Virus record (IMG/VR): IMGVR_UViG_3300042914_003164
Location: 1-64,000 of that record
DNA: 64,000 bases
From: a virus
Direction: 5' to 3' (one strand)
The notes beneath the pieces are model-generated. The model was not told the origin of the DNA and searched no databases. It was given only the letters and a program-made list of their open reading frames with translations. Of the stretch, positions 43,645 to 54,105 are shown in pieces (the stretch's first letter is position 1; each line of letters opens with the position of its first letter). Position numbers and translations under genes: made by a program.

Positions 43645-44076
43645 ATGGATCACCAAAAGATATGCGCAGCGATTGAGAAACCATTTAACACCGCCTTCAA
43701 AGCGCTGACACCACCTGTCAAGATTTACTTTGATAATGTTACGGCAATGCCGCCTGATGCCCCCGGCGAGTATGTCAGGATCAATATCACATTTGGGATG
43801 ACAAGTGAAGACGCCCTTGGCTGCCTGCTTGATCGAGCAAGGGGTGCCATCATTGCCAGGATTTTTACGCCCAAGAATGCTGGCGCCGCTCGCGCAAGAC
43901 AACTTGCGACTAGCGCAAGAACTGTTCTGGAGGACCTGGCAAAGGGGCCAAAGGGTGTGTCTGGGATATTCCTAAGAACAAGAGATGTAGAGGGGCCAGC
44001 TTTCTTTGCTGATAATACCGAACCTCACTTTATGGCCCGCCTTGAGGCGACATGGCAGGCCAGTGATCTTGGCTAG
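43645..44076 (+). CDS. tail terminator
   Basis: IYFDNV..P, RG.I...IFTPKN.G; synteny. Confidence 0.65.
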   Translation: MDHQKICAAIEKPFNTAFKALTPPVKIYFDNVTAMPPDAPGEYVRINITFGMTSEDALGCLLDRARGAIIARIFTPKNAGAARARQLATSARTVLEDLAKGPKGVSGIFLRTRDVEGPAFFADNTEPHFMARLEATWQASDLG

Positions 44077-44126
44077 GATTGTGACATCGGGCAGTGCCCG
44101 CACTGCTGTTCTCCGCACCAAGGTCC

Positions 44127-44882
44127 ATGTCCTGTGAAACCACGGTACTGACCGGCTCTTCGGGCGCTTTTTGGTATAAACCTGCCAACACCGAAGCCTG
44201 TCTCACCGCCGCCGCTTTTCCCACAACTGGCGCAAACATTACGGGTCCAGCTTTCTTGGGCTTCCGTGTCAATGATCCTGTAACCCTTGCCTACCCTGTT
44301 GGTGCAACTGTCACCGGGGCAATCGCTGCTGGCAACTACTTCATCAAAACCTACGATGCTCCAACCGGGGTGATAACGCTCAGCTCCACCGCTGGTGGCA
44401 CTGCCGTTACCGCAACCGCCGCTCCCACCGGCTTTGGTGATTCGCTGGCCACCATTGTCTATCGGAGCTTTGCCCCTGTTGCTCAGACTCGGGATTGGAG
44501 CTTTGAGGTTACTCTTTCCGAGATTGATGTAACTACCATCGGTGTTCCTGCTGGTCAGTTTGCGCCTTTCCGGCGCTACCAAACCTCTTACGCTGATGGC
44601 ACTGGCACCGCAACCATCTACTTCACCGAAGATGATAGCGCCCTGGCCAACCGCCTCATTACTGACGTGATGCAGCGTAAGCAAAAGGGTGCTGCGGTGA
44701 AGCTCTACATTGATACCGTTTCATCTGGCGGCACTGTCAGTGACATCCTCAGCCGCTACATCGAAGCGCCCGTGGTGCTCACGTCCGCCAACTTCGCGGC
44801 AAACCCCGACGACGCTCTCGCTATCACCGTCAATTTCCGACCCAGCGGTAACGTGACTCTCGACTTCCTGCAGAGCGCCTGA
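44127..44882 (+). CDS. major tail tube protein
   Basis: VLTG.SG, RDWSFEVT..EIDVTTIG, ADGTG, INFRPSG-like C-terminus; start ATG 44127. Confidence 0.8.
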   Translation: MSCETTVLTGSSGAFWYKPANTEACLTAAAFPTTGANITGPAFLGFRVNDPVTLAYPVGATVTGAIAAGNYFIKTYDAPTGVITLSSTAGGTAVTATAAPTGFGDSLATIVYRSFAPVAQTRDWSFEVTLSEIDVTTIGVPAGQFAPFRRYQTSYADGTGTATIYFTEDDSALANRLITDVMQRKQKGAAVKLYIDTVSSGGTVSDILSRYIEAPVVLTSANFAANPDDALAITVNFRPSGNVTLDFLQSA

Positions 44883-44905
44883 TTCAGCTCTCTCGATGGT
44901 CCCAT

Positions 44906-44932
44906 GGCCTCCGGTTATCCGGGGGCTTTTTT
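44906..44932 (+). terminator. rho-independent terminator
   Basis: GCCTCCGG-ttat-CCGGGGGC TTTTTT. Confidence 0.8.
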
Positions 44933-44965
44933 GTTGCTATAGTAGATGGGCCTCCGATTATTCAC

Positions 44966-45382
44966 ATGGCCTCCCCGAATGCGCCGATGGGCTTTGGTGC
45001 CGCTCTTGAGAAGCTCAAGAAAGTAGCGAACCTTGAGCCTGTCCGCAAGGACATCCACCTGAACGATGGTGTTACGACCCTGACAATGTATGTGACCCCC
45101 TTGGTGGCCGCAGAGCGTGATCGTGCTCGCGCAAACGCCAAGAAGGCTTCCAAGTCCGATGACGACAGCAACTGGCTAATGCACCTCTTGGTGCTGAAGG
45201 CCAAAGATGAAGACGGCAATCCGATGTTCACTTCTGGTGAAATCGAGGAGCTGAAGCGCGAAGTGCGTGACGAAGACCTGCAAAAGCTTCAGCTTGCTGT
45301 GCTTGGCAGTGACGATGACAGCATTGAAACCTCGTCAAAAAAATCGCAGACGAACTCCGGCAAGACCGCTGGACCTACCTGA
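44966..45382 (+). CDS. tail assembly chaperone (gpG-like)
   Basis: Between tube and tape measure; KAKDEDG.P.F motif. Confidence 0.8.
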   Translation: MASPNAPMGFGAALEKLKKVANLEPVRKDIHLNDGVTTLTMYVTPLVAAERDRARANAKKASKSDDDSNWLMHLLVLKAKDEDGNPMFTSGEIEELKREVRDEDLQKLQLAVLGSDDDSIETSSKKSQTNSGKTAGPT

Positions 45383-45531
45383 AGATGGTGGTTGCCGAGA
45401 CCCTCGGCAAGTTCTATGTTGAAGTCAATTCAACGATTACGGACGAAGAACTCTTGATGTGGTCTGGATACTTTCAGATCAAGAAAGAGGATCAAGACGA
45501 GTCGATGAAGAAGGCAAAGAGGGGGCGCTAG
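44966..45531 (+). CDS. tail assembly chaperone, -1 frameshift product (gpGT-like)
   Basis: Slippery A-AAA-AAA at 45337-45343; -1 frame open to TAG 45529-31. Confidence 0.8.
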
Positions 45532-45543
45532 GCCCCCCTTTTT
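45518..45543 (+). terminator. rho-independent terminator
   Basis: GGGGG-cgctagg-CCCCC then T-run. Confidence 0.65.
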
Positions 45544-45581
45544 CTTGGCTACGCTGGTGCTACTTGGGTCGATAGTGCGCC

Positions 45582-48500
45582 GTGGCGGTCAACAGAGAAA
45601 CGATTCAGATTCAAATATCCGGTGGCGATAGAATAAGGGATCTTGACAGGGCGCTAAGGGACGCCGCTCGTGGAGTTGACGAGCTAAATCAAAGTCTCGC
45701 TGGCGCGGAAGAGAGACTTCAAGCCCTTGGTGCAGAGCAAAGAGCATTTACACAGGGTACTCGCAGGCTTGGCACACAAGCAAGGAGAGCGCGTCAGCTG
45801 GAGATGGATCTTGGCTCTGGGGCTGGTGCGAGCCAGGCCGAGACAGCCGCAACAAGAAGCAGTCTCAGGTTAAGAGCTACGGCAATTCGCCGCGAACTGC
45901 GCGAAAGAGCCACAGAAAGGCGGCGGCTTGAGCAGAGAACTCGATCCGCAATGGAGCAAAGTGGAGTAGAGGAAACTCGCCGCACTGAACTTCGACGGCA
46001 ATTCGACAATCTTATTGACGCTCAGGGTGATTACGCGGATCAGATTCGCCAAAACGCCAATGAAATGGCGCGTCAGCTCAGGCAAACACGAAACAGGTCA
46101 GCAATAAGAACGACAAATACAAGGCGAGCTAGGTACGAAGAAGCGATAGAAAGACTTGGCACCGGGGCTGAATTTGGTGACAGGCCCACGTCTGGATTAA
46201 GGCAAAGGTTTGCCGAAATTCGCCAATCGGCTTCGCTCAGGTCTGTCGAGTTGGACAGACTTGAGGAGGCTGAGGCGGCTGTGCGTTCGGGAGCCGCTGC
46301 GCGAATAAGAATGCTGCGCGGTGAGCTTGCCTCTAGGAGAATAATGGGAGAGGTGGGCTCAGGGCGCCAAGAACCAGAGGCGCGTGCAGTCAGGGACCAG
46401 ATTAACGACATACTCAATGAAGTTGCCGCTAGATCGGGCGGCTTTCAGACGACAAGGGCCAGGCTGGTTACAGAGCAAGGCAGCCTTGCGGAGAGGTTGC
46501 GGGAGGCTCTCAGGACTGGTAGGGGTCGCAGGGAGGGATTCGATTTTTCTCGCAGGCTTGGTGAGCGACGGGATCGACTTGTAGCAGAACAAGCGATTGA
46601 ACCAAGAACCCTTGATAGGGTTAATTCTGCCCTGGAAAGGGCCGGGGCACTAAGAGATGCCGGAGACATAGAAACAGCAAAGGAGGTGTTAAAGGGTGCT
46701 GAAAGAACGATTGCCGCAAGAGAAAGAGAATTAAAACTGCAGAGAAACATCACAAGAGAGAGAGAGGGCGGACTTGACGCCGAAGTTGACAGAACCAACA
46801 AACTCAACAGCCTGCAAAGAAAGCTCAATGAGCTTCGCGGCGGCGGCGCCCGTGGCTTTGCGATTCAACGTGCTGAGGGCCTGGTGGCGAGGCTGCCTGA
46901 GCTTGAGCAAGCTGGCAATTTTGGTGAATTTAATCGCGTCAGCAAGCAGGCTTCGGATCTACTTTCTGCTACTAGCTCTGCGCTGACACGACAAAACAAA
47001 AGCACGGCGACCATCTCTCGCTTTCAGAAGGGAATCGCCAAGATTGAAGGTAAAATCGCCCAAAACAAGCAAATTACACTTGAGGAGGCTAGTCGCCTAC
47101 AAGCGTTCAACGAGGCCCAGCGTCGTGAACGCGGCCTTGGCCCTGCTCAGCTTGCTCTGCCCTCTGGCGACCCCTCTCTGCCTCGATTCAGGGGCGGCGC
47201 AAGACCCGCTGGCGAGGGCATGATTGGCAGAACCGCCGAAGAAGCATCTACCGCTCTGCGCGAGATCCAATCCGACTTCATCAAGAAGGCCGCCAAGCCC
47301 GTTGGTCAGAAGTTTGTTGAAGCACTGGCAGAGGCGAGTACAAGTGCCATCACGGGCAGGGGCATATTTGAAGCCTTCCAGGGCTTTGCCAAAGGATTTG
47401 GAAAGCTCGCTACATCACAGGGCGCTGGCGGCAAGGCTGCTACTGGGGCAATTGACCCCGCAGAGGCCCAGACTCGATTCAATAAGGCACTCAACTCCAG
47501 TCGAGCGCTTACGGAGCAACTTAACACGCTTGAGGTCGAAGGAGTCAATGTAGCGCAAGAAAGGATCAAACTGGAAGCCGCCCTCAAGGCTACCAGGAAA
47601 ACCAATTTTGAGCTGAACAGGAGTAGCCTAGAGGCGATTGAGGATCAACTTAGCAATACCCGCTCCTTTGTGAGCGCGGAAAGAGCGGTAATTACACAAG
47701 TAGCGAAGCGCAACAAGCTTGAGCAAGATGCTCTTGACGGCCAAACGGCTAGAACCAATAAACTCCTGGGCCTACAAAGAAAGCTTGGGGAGCTGACAGC
47801 CGCTGGCGTAGGCGGACCAGCCCTGCAACGCGCTCAAGGTCTCATCGGAAAACTTCCCGGCCTTGAGCAGGGCGGCAATCTAGGCGAGTTCGACCGTGTT
47901 GCTGCGCGAGCCTCTGCCTCCCTCCTTGACGCTGCCTCTGCCTCCAGGCTTCAAGCTTCGGCATCGAGAGATGTTGCCGCCGCCGACAAAGCAAGGGCCG
48001 CTGCAACCAAGGGCGCACAGGATGCCGAATTCAAGCTTCGCCAGCTCACGACAAAAGGTGTTGATCCTCGCCAGCTCGCAGCTCCTGTAGGCGGAAAAAC
48101 AACCTCCCTCCAGAAGATCATCAACCGAGCCTCCTCTGAGGCAGCTTTTGGCGACCCCGCAAGAGCCAGTGAACTGTTGGATATTGCCAATAGGCGGGTT
48201 GAGGTGCTTGGTCGAGAGCTTGGCCTTGCTAAGTCAGTTGAATCGCAGGAGAAAAAGAGAGTAAATGCCTCCAAAGCTGTTACAAGGGAAAATGAAAAGC
48301 AGAGCAAAGCAGCGGTTGCCCTTGCCTCCCAGAGGGAAGATGCGCTCGATGCGGAAGTCAGCAGAACTCTCAAGCTCGAAAAACTAGAAAGGCAGCTCAA
48401 CGAGCTTCGCGCTGCTGGAGCCAAGGGTGTCAGCTTCCAGCGGGCCGAGATGTTTATTGGCAGACTGCCCGCCCTTGAGCAGGCTGGCAATTTCCGTGAA

Positions 48501-51500
48501 TTTGAGCGTGCCGCGAAAGTGAGCGCAGAGGCGCTGGCGGCTACAAGGGCTGGAATGGCTGCCAGCAAGAAGGCTGCGGGCGGCGCAATTGACCCGGCAG
48601 AGGCTCAGACCCGACTAAGCAAGGCGCTCAATTCCAGTCGAGTGCTTCAGGAGCAGCTTAACACTCTTGAGCTGAAGGGTGTCAATGTAGCACAAACCAA
48701 GGCAAACCTGCAAAATGCGATAAACAATGCCAAACAGTCTACTTTCCAGCTTACAAGAGATAATCTGCAAGAGCTTGAGCGCGAGCTTGAGGCCGTTCGT
48801 TCCTTGGTTGCAGCCGAAAAATCTGTAACAGCAGAGCAGGAAAAGCAGTCAAAGCTCAGAAAGATTTCCGGCGAGAATCTTCCACGTATCAGGCGGGACA
48901 CTCTCTCTGGTCTTCTTGGCGATATTCGAGAGTCTGGCGGTGCCGGTCGCGTGCTGATGGGCGGCAGGAGTGCCGAAGGCGCAATTGAGCAAATCGTTCA
49001 GACCTTCAACCGCAGCGTTGGCACTGGAGCTACGGCTGGCAAGGCCGGTCAACAACTGGGCCTAAATGATCTTGCGAAAGTCTCCAAGGCTTCTACAAGA
49101 GAGCTTGAGCTGCTATCGGAAACTCTGACAATGGTTCGCGCTGGAATGCGGACTACTGACAAAGGCTTCGATCAGATCGGTGACACGATTGCTCGGGTCA
49201 ATCGCCAGATCCAAAGAACTGATCCCGATGCCGACTTCCTGACCCGCCGGTTAGGCGTCAGGGGCGGCAGGGCGGCCAGTGAGGGCCTGATTGGTGGTGC
49301 GTTCCCCCTCCTGTTCGGGCAGGGCATTGGAGCGGCTGCTGGTGGTGCTGCTGGTGGTGCTCTTGGCGGTGCTGCTGGCGGGATGCTGGGCTTCGGCCTG
49401 TCCCTGACTGGCACGGCGATTGGCACGGCGGCTGACAACTTGATGCAGGCGGCTCAGGACACGGGGGACATGCTCCGCGACCTGACGGGGAACTTTGATC
49501 AGATCAAGGAAGCTGGACTGCTTGCAAGTCGGACTCAGGAGAAGCTGGTTGAAAGCCTGATTCAAGGTGGCGAGAAAACCGCTGCATATTCGATCATTCA
49601 GGCGGAGCTGAATAGAAAACTTGGCGGAGAAGGTGTTTCCAGGCTTCGCGCCGCAGCTGACGCTGGTGATCGCATGAAGCGTGCAATGGCTGAGCTTGGT
49701 ATTCAAATCCAAGAAGCTGTTTCCGGCCCTCTTGCAGCACTGCTCAACTGGGTTTCTGGAGTTGTCGAAGAGGGCAACAAGGTCAACAGATATGGGCTCT
49801 TGTTACAGCAGCTGCCGCCAGAGAGGGCTCAACAACTTCGTCAAGAGACTCTGGGGGCTGTCGCTCAAGCAGGGCAACTCAATCCCTTCCGTGTAAGGTC
49901 TCCTCTGCTTGGCACTCAAAATCTTGAGCCAGACGAGGGAGAAGTTGCCCGCATTGCCACACTTGGCCAGCTCTCCGCAATTCTTGCCAAGTTTGAGGCT
50001 TTTGTCCCATCTACTCCCCAGACAGAGGAGGAGAAGAGGTCGGCTGCGATAAGGGAGGCCGAAGTTGAGGTCTCTCGCGCCCAGCGCGATCTCCAGGCTG
50101 TCTCCAGAGAGCTTGAAAGCATTGACATCCTGAAAGGCTTTGAGCAGCGCATTGTTGCTGCCAAGAGAGAGCAGGAAGATATTGATCGCCAAGCTTTTGA
50201 AGCCCGCCGTGACTACGAGCGTCAGATTGCGGACATTCGTGAAAGCGTAGAGAATAGGGTCTCTCAGATCAATCAAGAAAATAAGCAGAAAGAGATTGAC
50301 CTGATCGTTAAGCAGGGCGAGATCCGTCAGGCTCAATTCAGGAATGCTGCTCTTGCGATTCAGGGCGAGCTTGCTGGTGACGAGCTTGCATCCAGCCTTG
50401 CTGATGCTGTTAGCACCTATCTCGGTGCTCAGCTTTCCGCGCAAGACCAGATTGAGCAGCGCCGCGCACAGTTTGAGCTTGACCTTGCTAACCAAGAGAT
50501 TGAGATTGGTAAGTTCAAAATTGACATTGCCAAGAGTGTGTCAAGGTTAAATCTTGATACAAACGAGAAAATTCAGGCTATCAATCTGAACATCGCCAGG
50601 AGAAACGAGGACGCGGCAAAGAACACTTTTGAATTTGAGAAGAAGATTGCCTCGCTTAAGTTAAAGGCAACTACCAGGGAGCTTGTTCTTTCGCGGAGTC
50701 AGGATGAAATCGACCTTGAGGCGCTGAGAACGCGCAACGCTTCCCTGCCGAGCAACCCGGTGCTAGATGCGCAAGTAAAGGTGCTGGAAACGAGAGTTGC
50801 GGAGACCAGGAAAGCGACTGACGAAATCCTGGGCATGATCAAGGAGGTGGAGGCCATGCCCCCTCCTGCGCAAATTCGCCCTGTTGCGCCAATTTCAGCT
50901 AAATCCGTAAGCACTGCTGGCGTTGATAGGGCCTTCGCAAGGGGTGTCGCTCTTAGCAGGCAATTCCAAGAGCTTGAAGACCAGCTTGTTGCCCTAGTGA
51001 AAGCTGGGGATGCCCAAGAGTTAGTCAATCAACTTGACAGAATTGCGCTCACCGCTGGCAGGCAGCTCGCCACATCACTGTCTGATGCAGTCAAGGAATA
51101 TGGAGTGGCGGTCGGAGACCTGAAACCGATCATTGATGGCGTTGACCAATCCTACGAAGAACTTCGCAATTCCTTTGCTCGACAAAAGCGCCCAGTTACC
51201 CCAGAGCTGGAGAAGCTGCTTGAGGGATACCGCAAGGCACAGATTGCACTAGAGGAACTTGCCCCTACGCAAAGGTTCTACAACGATGCCATAAGTGGCT
51301 ACACAGGTGAGATTGATCAGCTCAAAGGCTCGATTAACGATCTCCTTGGCCCCACGTCAGCTTATGAAAAAGAACTTCAGCGTATCAATGAGTCTGGTGG
51401 CATCCAAGTCAATCCAGAACTGAATACCAGGCTTCTTGAGGCTGCGGCAAATACTGACAGGCTTAGGGAGAAGCTTGAGGCGCTCAACGCCTTGAACGAT

Positions 51501-53615
51501 CTTGCAGCTGGCTGGACTGATTCGTTCATTAGCTTCAACAAAGAGCTTCTCAAGGGTGAGGGCTTGATCAAGTCTCTTAAGACCTTCTTGGAGAGCACGG
51601 CGGATAGGGCTCTTGACTTGATCCTTGAATTTACCCTGCGTCCAATGCAGGAAAAAATGTTCAAGGACATGGCGAAGTTTCTTGGCTTTGAGGCCGAAAA
51701 GAATCCACTGCTGAAGCCCCTTGATTCAATCAACAACCTTAACGAGAAGATTTACACTGACCTCAAGGCGATAAAAGACCACTTCCTCAAGAATGCCCCA
51801 GCCGCTCTACCTGTTCAGCCGCAGGCTGCTAATGGCATCGTGCCGGGACCTGGACTAAGCGGAATTCCCGCTTCTCAGCAGATTACCCAATTCAGCAATC
51901 TCTCTCCTGTAAGCCCGGTAGGCCCCCAGAGCAGCGGTTTGCCGCCCAACTGGAACGAGGGGCTTGGTGCTGGACGTGGACATCAAGGGCGGGACGTTGG
52001 GGTGGACGTTGGCACCACGATTCACGCAATGGAGGCTGCTGTAGTCGAAAGCATTATTAGGGGCTTCGGCAAAGCTGGCGATGCAGTTGTTCTTCGTTAC
52101 GCCAACAGCGACAGGCTGGGAGTCTATGGACACATGACCCCTGGCGTAGAAGCCGGTCAGTCTGTTGCGGCTGGTCAGCAAATTGGCGTCATAACCCCTG
52201 ATATTCGGCCAGGTGGCGGGAATAACAGCCATCTTCATTATGAATGGTGGAAGCAGCAAAGAGGTCCCGCAGGAAACCTGCTCGACCCAAGCGACAGACT
52301 GCGCAAAGCGATATACGGTTCGCCTGCTTCAATGAACAGAGGTCCTCAGTCTTCCCTCCCCGGCGCCTTCACCGGGATGGGCGGACCCGATGAACTGTTT
52401 GCCGTTGAGCAGGTGCAGGGGATCCTTCCACAGGTCGTGAAGGGTGCCGTTGAGAACTACGAAAGATTTAAGGTCGCTGTCGAGAAAGACCTTAATTCGC
52501 TGAATTCACTAAAAGAGGTGGAGGGTTTTGGACTTGACGCACTGGATTGGGTCAAGAATAAAGCCCCACTGGGCGCAGTTGGACCCGCAGCAGACAAGGC
52601 AATGCGCTCTGACATGAGCGAAATTCTTGTGGAACTTGTCAACAATCGCATGAGCCAGCTTTCTACTGCTCAGCAATCCATGCCCAGCGGTGAAGGTTCG
52701 CCCCTCAACGGGATACTCAAATATGAGGGGCAGCTTAGCGAGCTTGGCTTTACGACGATTGATCTAAATGGCCAATTCTCCAAGGTTGGAGAATCTGTTT
52801 ATCAGCTCGACCAGAAGCTTCTTAGCGCATCCCAGTCCACTGAAATGTGGAATGCAAGCCTTGGCCAAAGCGCCAGCACACAGGAAAGGGCCGGATCGAC
52901 TGCGGAGAGGACAGCCAATCAAGAGTCCGAAAGGCTGAAGAAGATTGGCCAGTTCGCTGGCGCAAGCATCCAAACCCTAAGCGGTGTTGCGATGGGTATT
53001 GGCGGCGCCCAGATGATCGGCAAGGGTGGCACCTACAACACCCTGATGGGCATCGCCTCCATCTTTGGTGGCATCTCCAGCGTCGCTTCTGGCATAGGCG
53101 GCTTTGGTAACATGTTTGGCTTGAAAGGTTTTGCGGATGGTGGCAGACCTACCCCCAACGAGCCAGCCTGGATCGGGGAAGAGGGAATGGAGCTGTGGGT
53201 TCCTGATAAGCCGGGGACGATCATCTCAAACGATGACCTAGATGATCTATATGTCCCAGGACTTGATGACAAAAACAGTCCTCCGGTTCCTGCTGGCAGG
53301 TACTCTCGCAAGGAGTCTGGCGGGTTCTCTTCGGAGTCTGACTACGATCAATCTGGCGCACCTCTGTCCTATGGCCGATCCGTGCCATACCAGCGCAGTG
53401 AGACCACAAGGGAGATTGATCGCCTTGAGCGGGTCGCCGCAAACCCACGCGAGCTGCCCCCGATCAAGTATGAAACCCAGCGAGTCAATCAGTATGAGTT
53501 TGTCACCCCTGACCAGCTTGAGGAGTCCAACGCAAGGACCGCGAAGGCTGCGAGGGCGCAGACAATCCGCGAACTTGCTGATAGCCTGAAGACCCGTAAG
53601 CGCATCGGACTCTGA
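45582..53615 (+). CDS. tape measure protein with M23 peptidase domain
   Basis: 2677 aa helical; GGAFPLLFG segment; HQGRD...YGH...HLHYE; C-terminal FADGG.P....GEEG.EL.VP. Confidence 0.9.
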   Translation: MAVNRETIQIQISGGDRIRDLDRALRDAARGVDELNQSLAGAEERLQALGAEQRAFTQGTRRLGTQARRARQLEMDLGSGAGASQAETAATRSSLRLRATAIRRELRERATERRRLEQRTRSAMEQSGVEETRRTELRRQFDNLIDAQGDYADQIRQNANEMARQLRQTRNRSAIRTTNTRRARYEEAIERLGTGAEFGDRPTSGLRQRFAEIRQSASLRSVELDRLEEAEAAVRSGAAARIRMLRGELASRRIMGEVGSGRQEPEARAVRDQINDILNEVAARSGGFQTTRARLVTEQGSLAERLREALRTGRGRREGFDFSRRLGERRDRLVAEQAIEPRTLDRVNSALERAGALRDAGDIETAKEVLKGAERTIAARERELKLQRNITREREGGLDAEVDRTNKLNSLQRKLNELRGGGARGFAIQRAEGLVARLPELEQAGNFGEFNRVSKQASDLLSATSSALTRQNKSTATISRFQKGIAKIEGKIAQNKQITLEEASRLQAFNEAQRRERGLGPAQLALPSGDPSLPRFRGGARPAGEGMIGRTAEEASTALREIQSDFIKKAAKPVGQKFVEALAEASTSAITGRGIFEAFQGFAKGFGKLATSQGAGGKAATGAIDPAEAQTRFNKALNSSRALTEQLNTLEVEGVNVAQERIKLEAALKATRKTNFELNRSSLEAIEDQLSNTRSFVSAERAVITQVAKRNKLEQDALDGQTARTNKLLGLQRKLGELTAAGVGGPALQRAQGLIGKLPGLEQGGNLGEFDRVAARASASLLDAASASRLQASASRDVAAADKARAAATKGAQDAEFKLRQLTTKGVDPRQLAAPVGGKTTSLQKIINRASSEAAFGDPARASELLDIANRRVEVLGRELGLAKSVESQEKKRVNASKAVTRENEKQSKAAVALASQREDALDAEVSRTLKLEKLERQLNELRAAGAKGVSFQRAEMFIGRLPALEQAGNFREFERAAKVSAEALAATRAGMAASKKAAGGAIDPAEAQTRLSKALNSSRVLQEQLNTLELKGVNVAQTKANLQNAINNAKQSTFQLTRDNLQELERELEAVRSLVAAEKSVTAEQEKQSKLRKISGENLPRIRRDTLSGLLGDIRESGGAGRVLMGGRSAEGAIEQIVQTFNRSVGTGATAGKAGQQLGLNDLAKVSKASTRELELLSETLTMVRAGMRTTDKGFDQIGDTIARVNRQIQRTDPDADFLTRRLGVRGGRAASEGLIGGAFPLLFGQGIGAAAGGAAGGALGGAAGGMLGFGLSLTGTAIGTAADNLMQAAQDTGDMLRDLTGNFDQIKEAGLLASRTQEKLVESLIQGGEKTAAYSIIQAELNRKLGGEGVSRLRAAADAGDRMKRAMAELGIQIQEAVSGPLAALLNWVSGVVEEGNKVNRYGLLLQQLPPERAQQLRQETLGAVAQAGQLNPFRVRSPLLGTQNLEPDEGEVARIATLGQLSAILAKFEAFVPSTPQTEEEKRSAAIREAEVEVSRAQRDLQAVSRELESIDILKGFEQRIVAAKREQEDIDRQAFEARRDYERQIADIRESVENRVSQINQENKQKEIDLIVKQGEIRQAQFRNAALAIQGELAGDELASSLADAVSTYLGAQLSAQDQIEQRRAQFELDLANQEIEIGKFKIDIAKSVSRLNLDTNEKIQAINLNIARRNEDAAKNTFEFEKKIASLKLKATTRELVLSRSQDEIDLEALRTRNASLPSNPVLDAQVKVLETRVAETRKATDEILGMIKEVEAMPPPAQIRPVAPISAKSVSTAGVDRAFARGVALSRQFQELEDQLVALVKAGDAQELVNQLDRIALTAGRQLATSLSDAVKEYGVAVGDLKPIIDGVDQSYEELRNSFARQKRPVTPELEKLLEGYRKAQIALEELAPTQRFYNDAISGYTGEIDQLKGSINDLLGPTSAYEKELQRINESGGIQVNPELNTRLLEAAANTDRLREKLEALNALNDLAAGWTDSFISFNKELLKGEGLIKSLKTFLESTADRALDLILEFTLRPMQEKMFKDMAKFLGFEAEKNPLLKPLDSINNLNEKIYTDLKAIKDHFLKNAPAALPVQPQAANGIVPGPGLSGIPASQQITQFSNLSPVSPVGPQSSGLPPNWNEGLGAGRGHQGRDVGVDVGTTIHAMEAAVVESIIRGFGKAGDAVVLRYANSDRLGVYGHMTPGVEAGQSVAAGQQIGVITPDIRPGGGNNSHLHYEWWKQQRGPAGNLLDPSDRLRKAIYGSPASMNRGPQSSLPGAFTGMGGPDELFAVEQVQGILPQVVKGAVENYERFKVAVEKDLNSLNSLKEVEGFGLDALDWVKNKAPLGAVGPAADKAMRSDMSEILVELVNNRMSQLSTAQQSMPSGEGSPLNGILKYEGQLSELGFTTIDLNGQFSKVGESVYQLDQKLLSASQSTEMWNASLGQSASTQERAGSTAERTANQESERLKKIGQFAGASIQTLSGVAMGIGGAQMIGKGGTYNTLMGIASIFGGISSVASGIGGFGNMFGLKGFADGGRPTPNEPAWIGEEGMELWVPDKPGTIISNDDLDDLYVPGLDDKNSPPVPAGRYSRKESGGFSSESDYDQSGAPLSYGRSVPYQRSETTREIDRLERVAANPRELPPIKYETQRVNQYEFVTPDQLEESNARTAKAARAQTIRELADSLKTRKRIGL

Positions 53616-53616
53616 A

Positions 53617-54105
53617 GTGAAAAGTGATTTTGCAATTGTTAGTTACATTCGCTTCAAGGAGCGTCGTGGAGGCCCTTATCTGCCATTCGCCTACCAGAAC
53701 TATTACATCAACGAAACAAGACAGTACCAAGGTGTAGATTACAATTTTGCCCCGCTTGGTGTCTCAGGCGGTGGCGGCAGGCAAGGGGGCGAGCGTGGCA
53801 GAGGTGCAATTGTCTGCCCCTCTAACACCCTTGTTCAGAACATTTTTTGGGAAGCGGACTCAAATAGGTGGCTGGTGGAAATCGCCTCAGTTGAGGTTGA
53901 TACACAGAGCGATCAAGAACTTGCACTGATAACCAAGCAGTTTTGGTCCTGCCGCATTGAAGGCAACATTGAAATTGGCAAGCCTGGGTATTCCGTTTTA
54001 CAGCTGTCGAGCCCTCTTGACACGGCTAATGCTATAGTTGGCGGCAGACCTCTTTCTCAGTTTATGGTTGGAGCACTGCCAACAAGCGGGACCATTAGCG
54101 TATGA
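53617..54105 (+). CDS. minor tail protein
   Basis: Follows tape measure; YQNY...Y.FAP, LSSPLD, VG.LP. Confidence 0.65.
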   Translation: MKSDFAIVSYIRFKERRGGPYLPFAYQNYYINETRQYQGVDYNFAPLGVSGGGGRQGGERGRGAIVCPSNTLVQNIFWEADSNRWLVEIASVEVDTQSDQELALITKQFWSCRIEGNIEIGKPGYSVLQLSSPLDTANAIVGGRPLSQFMVGALPTSGTISV

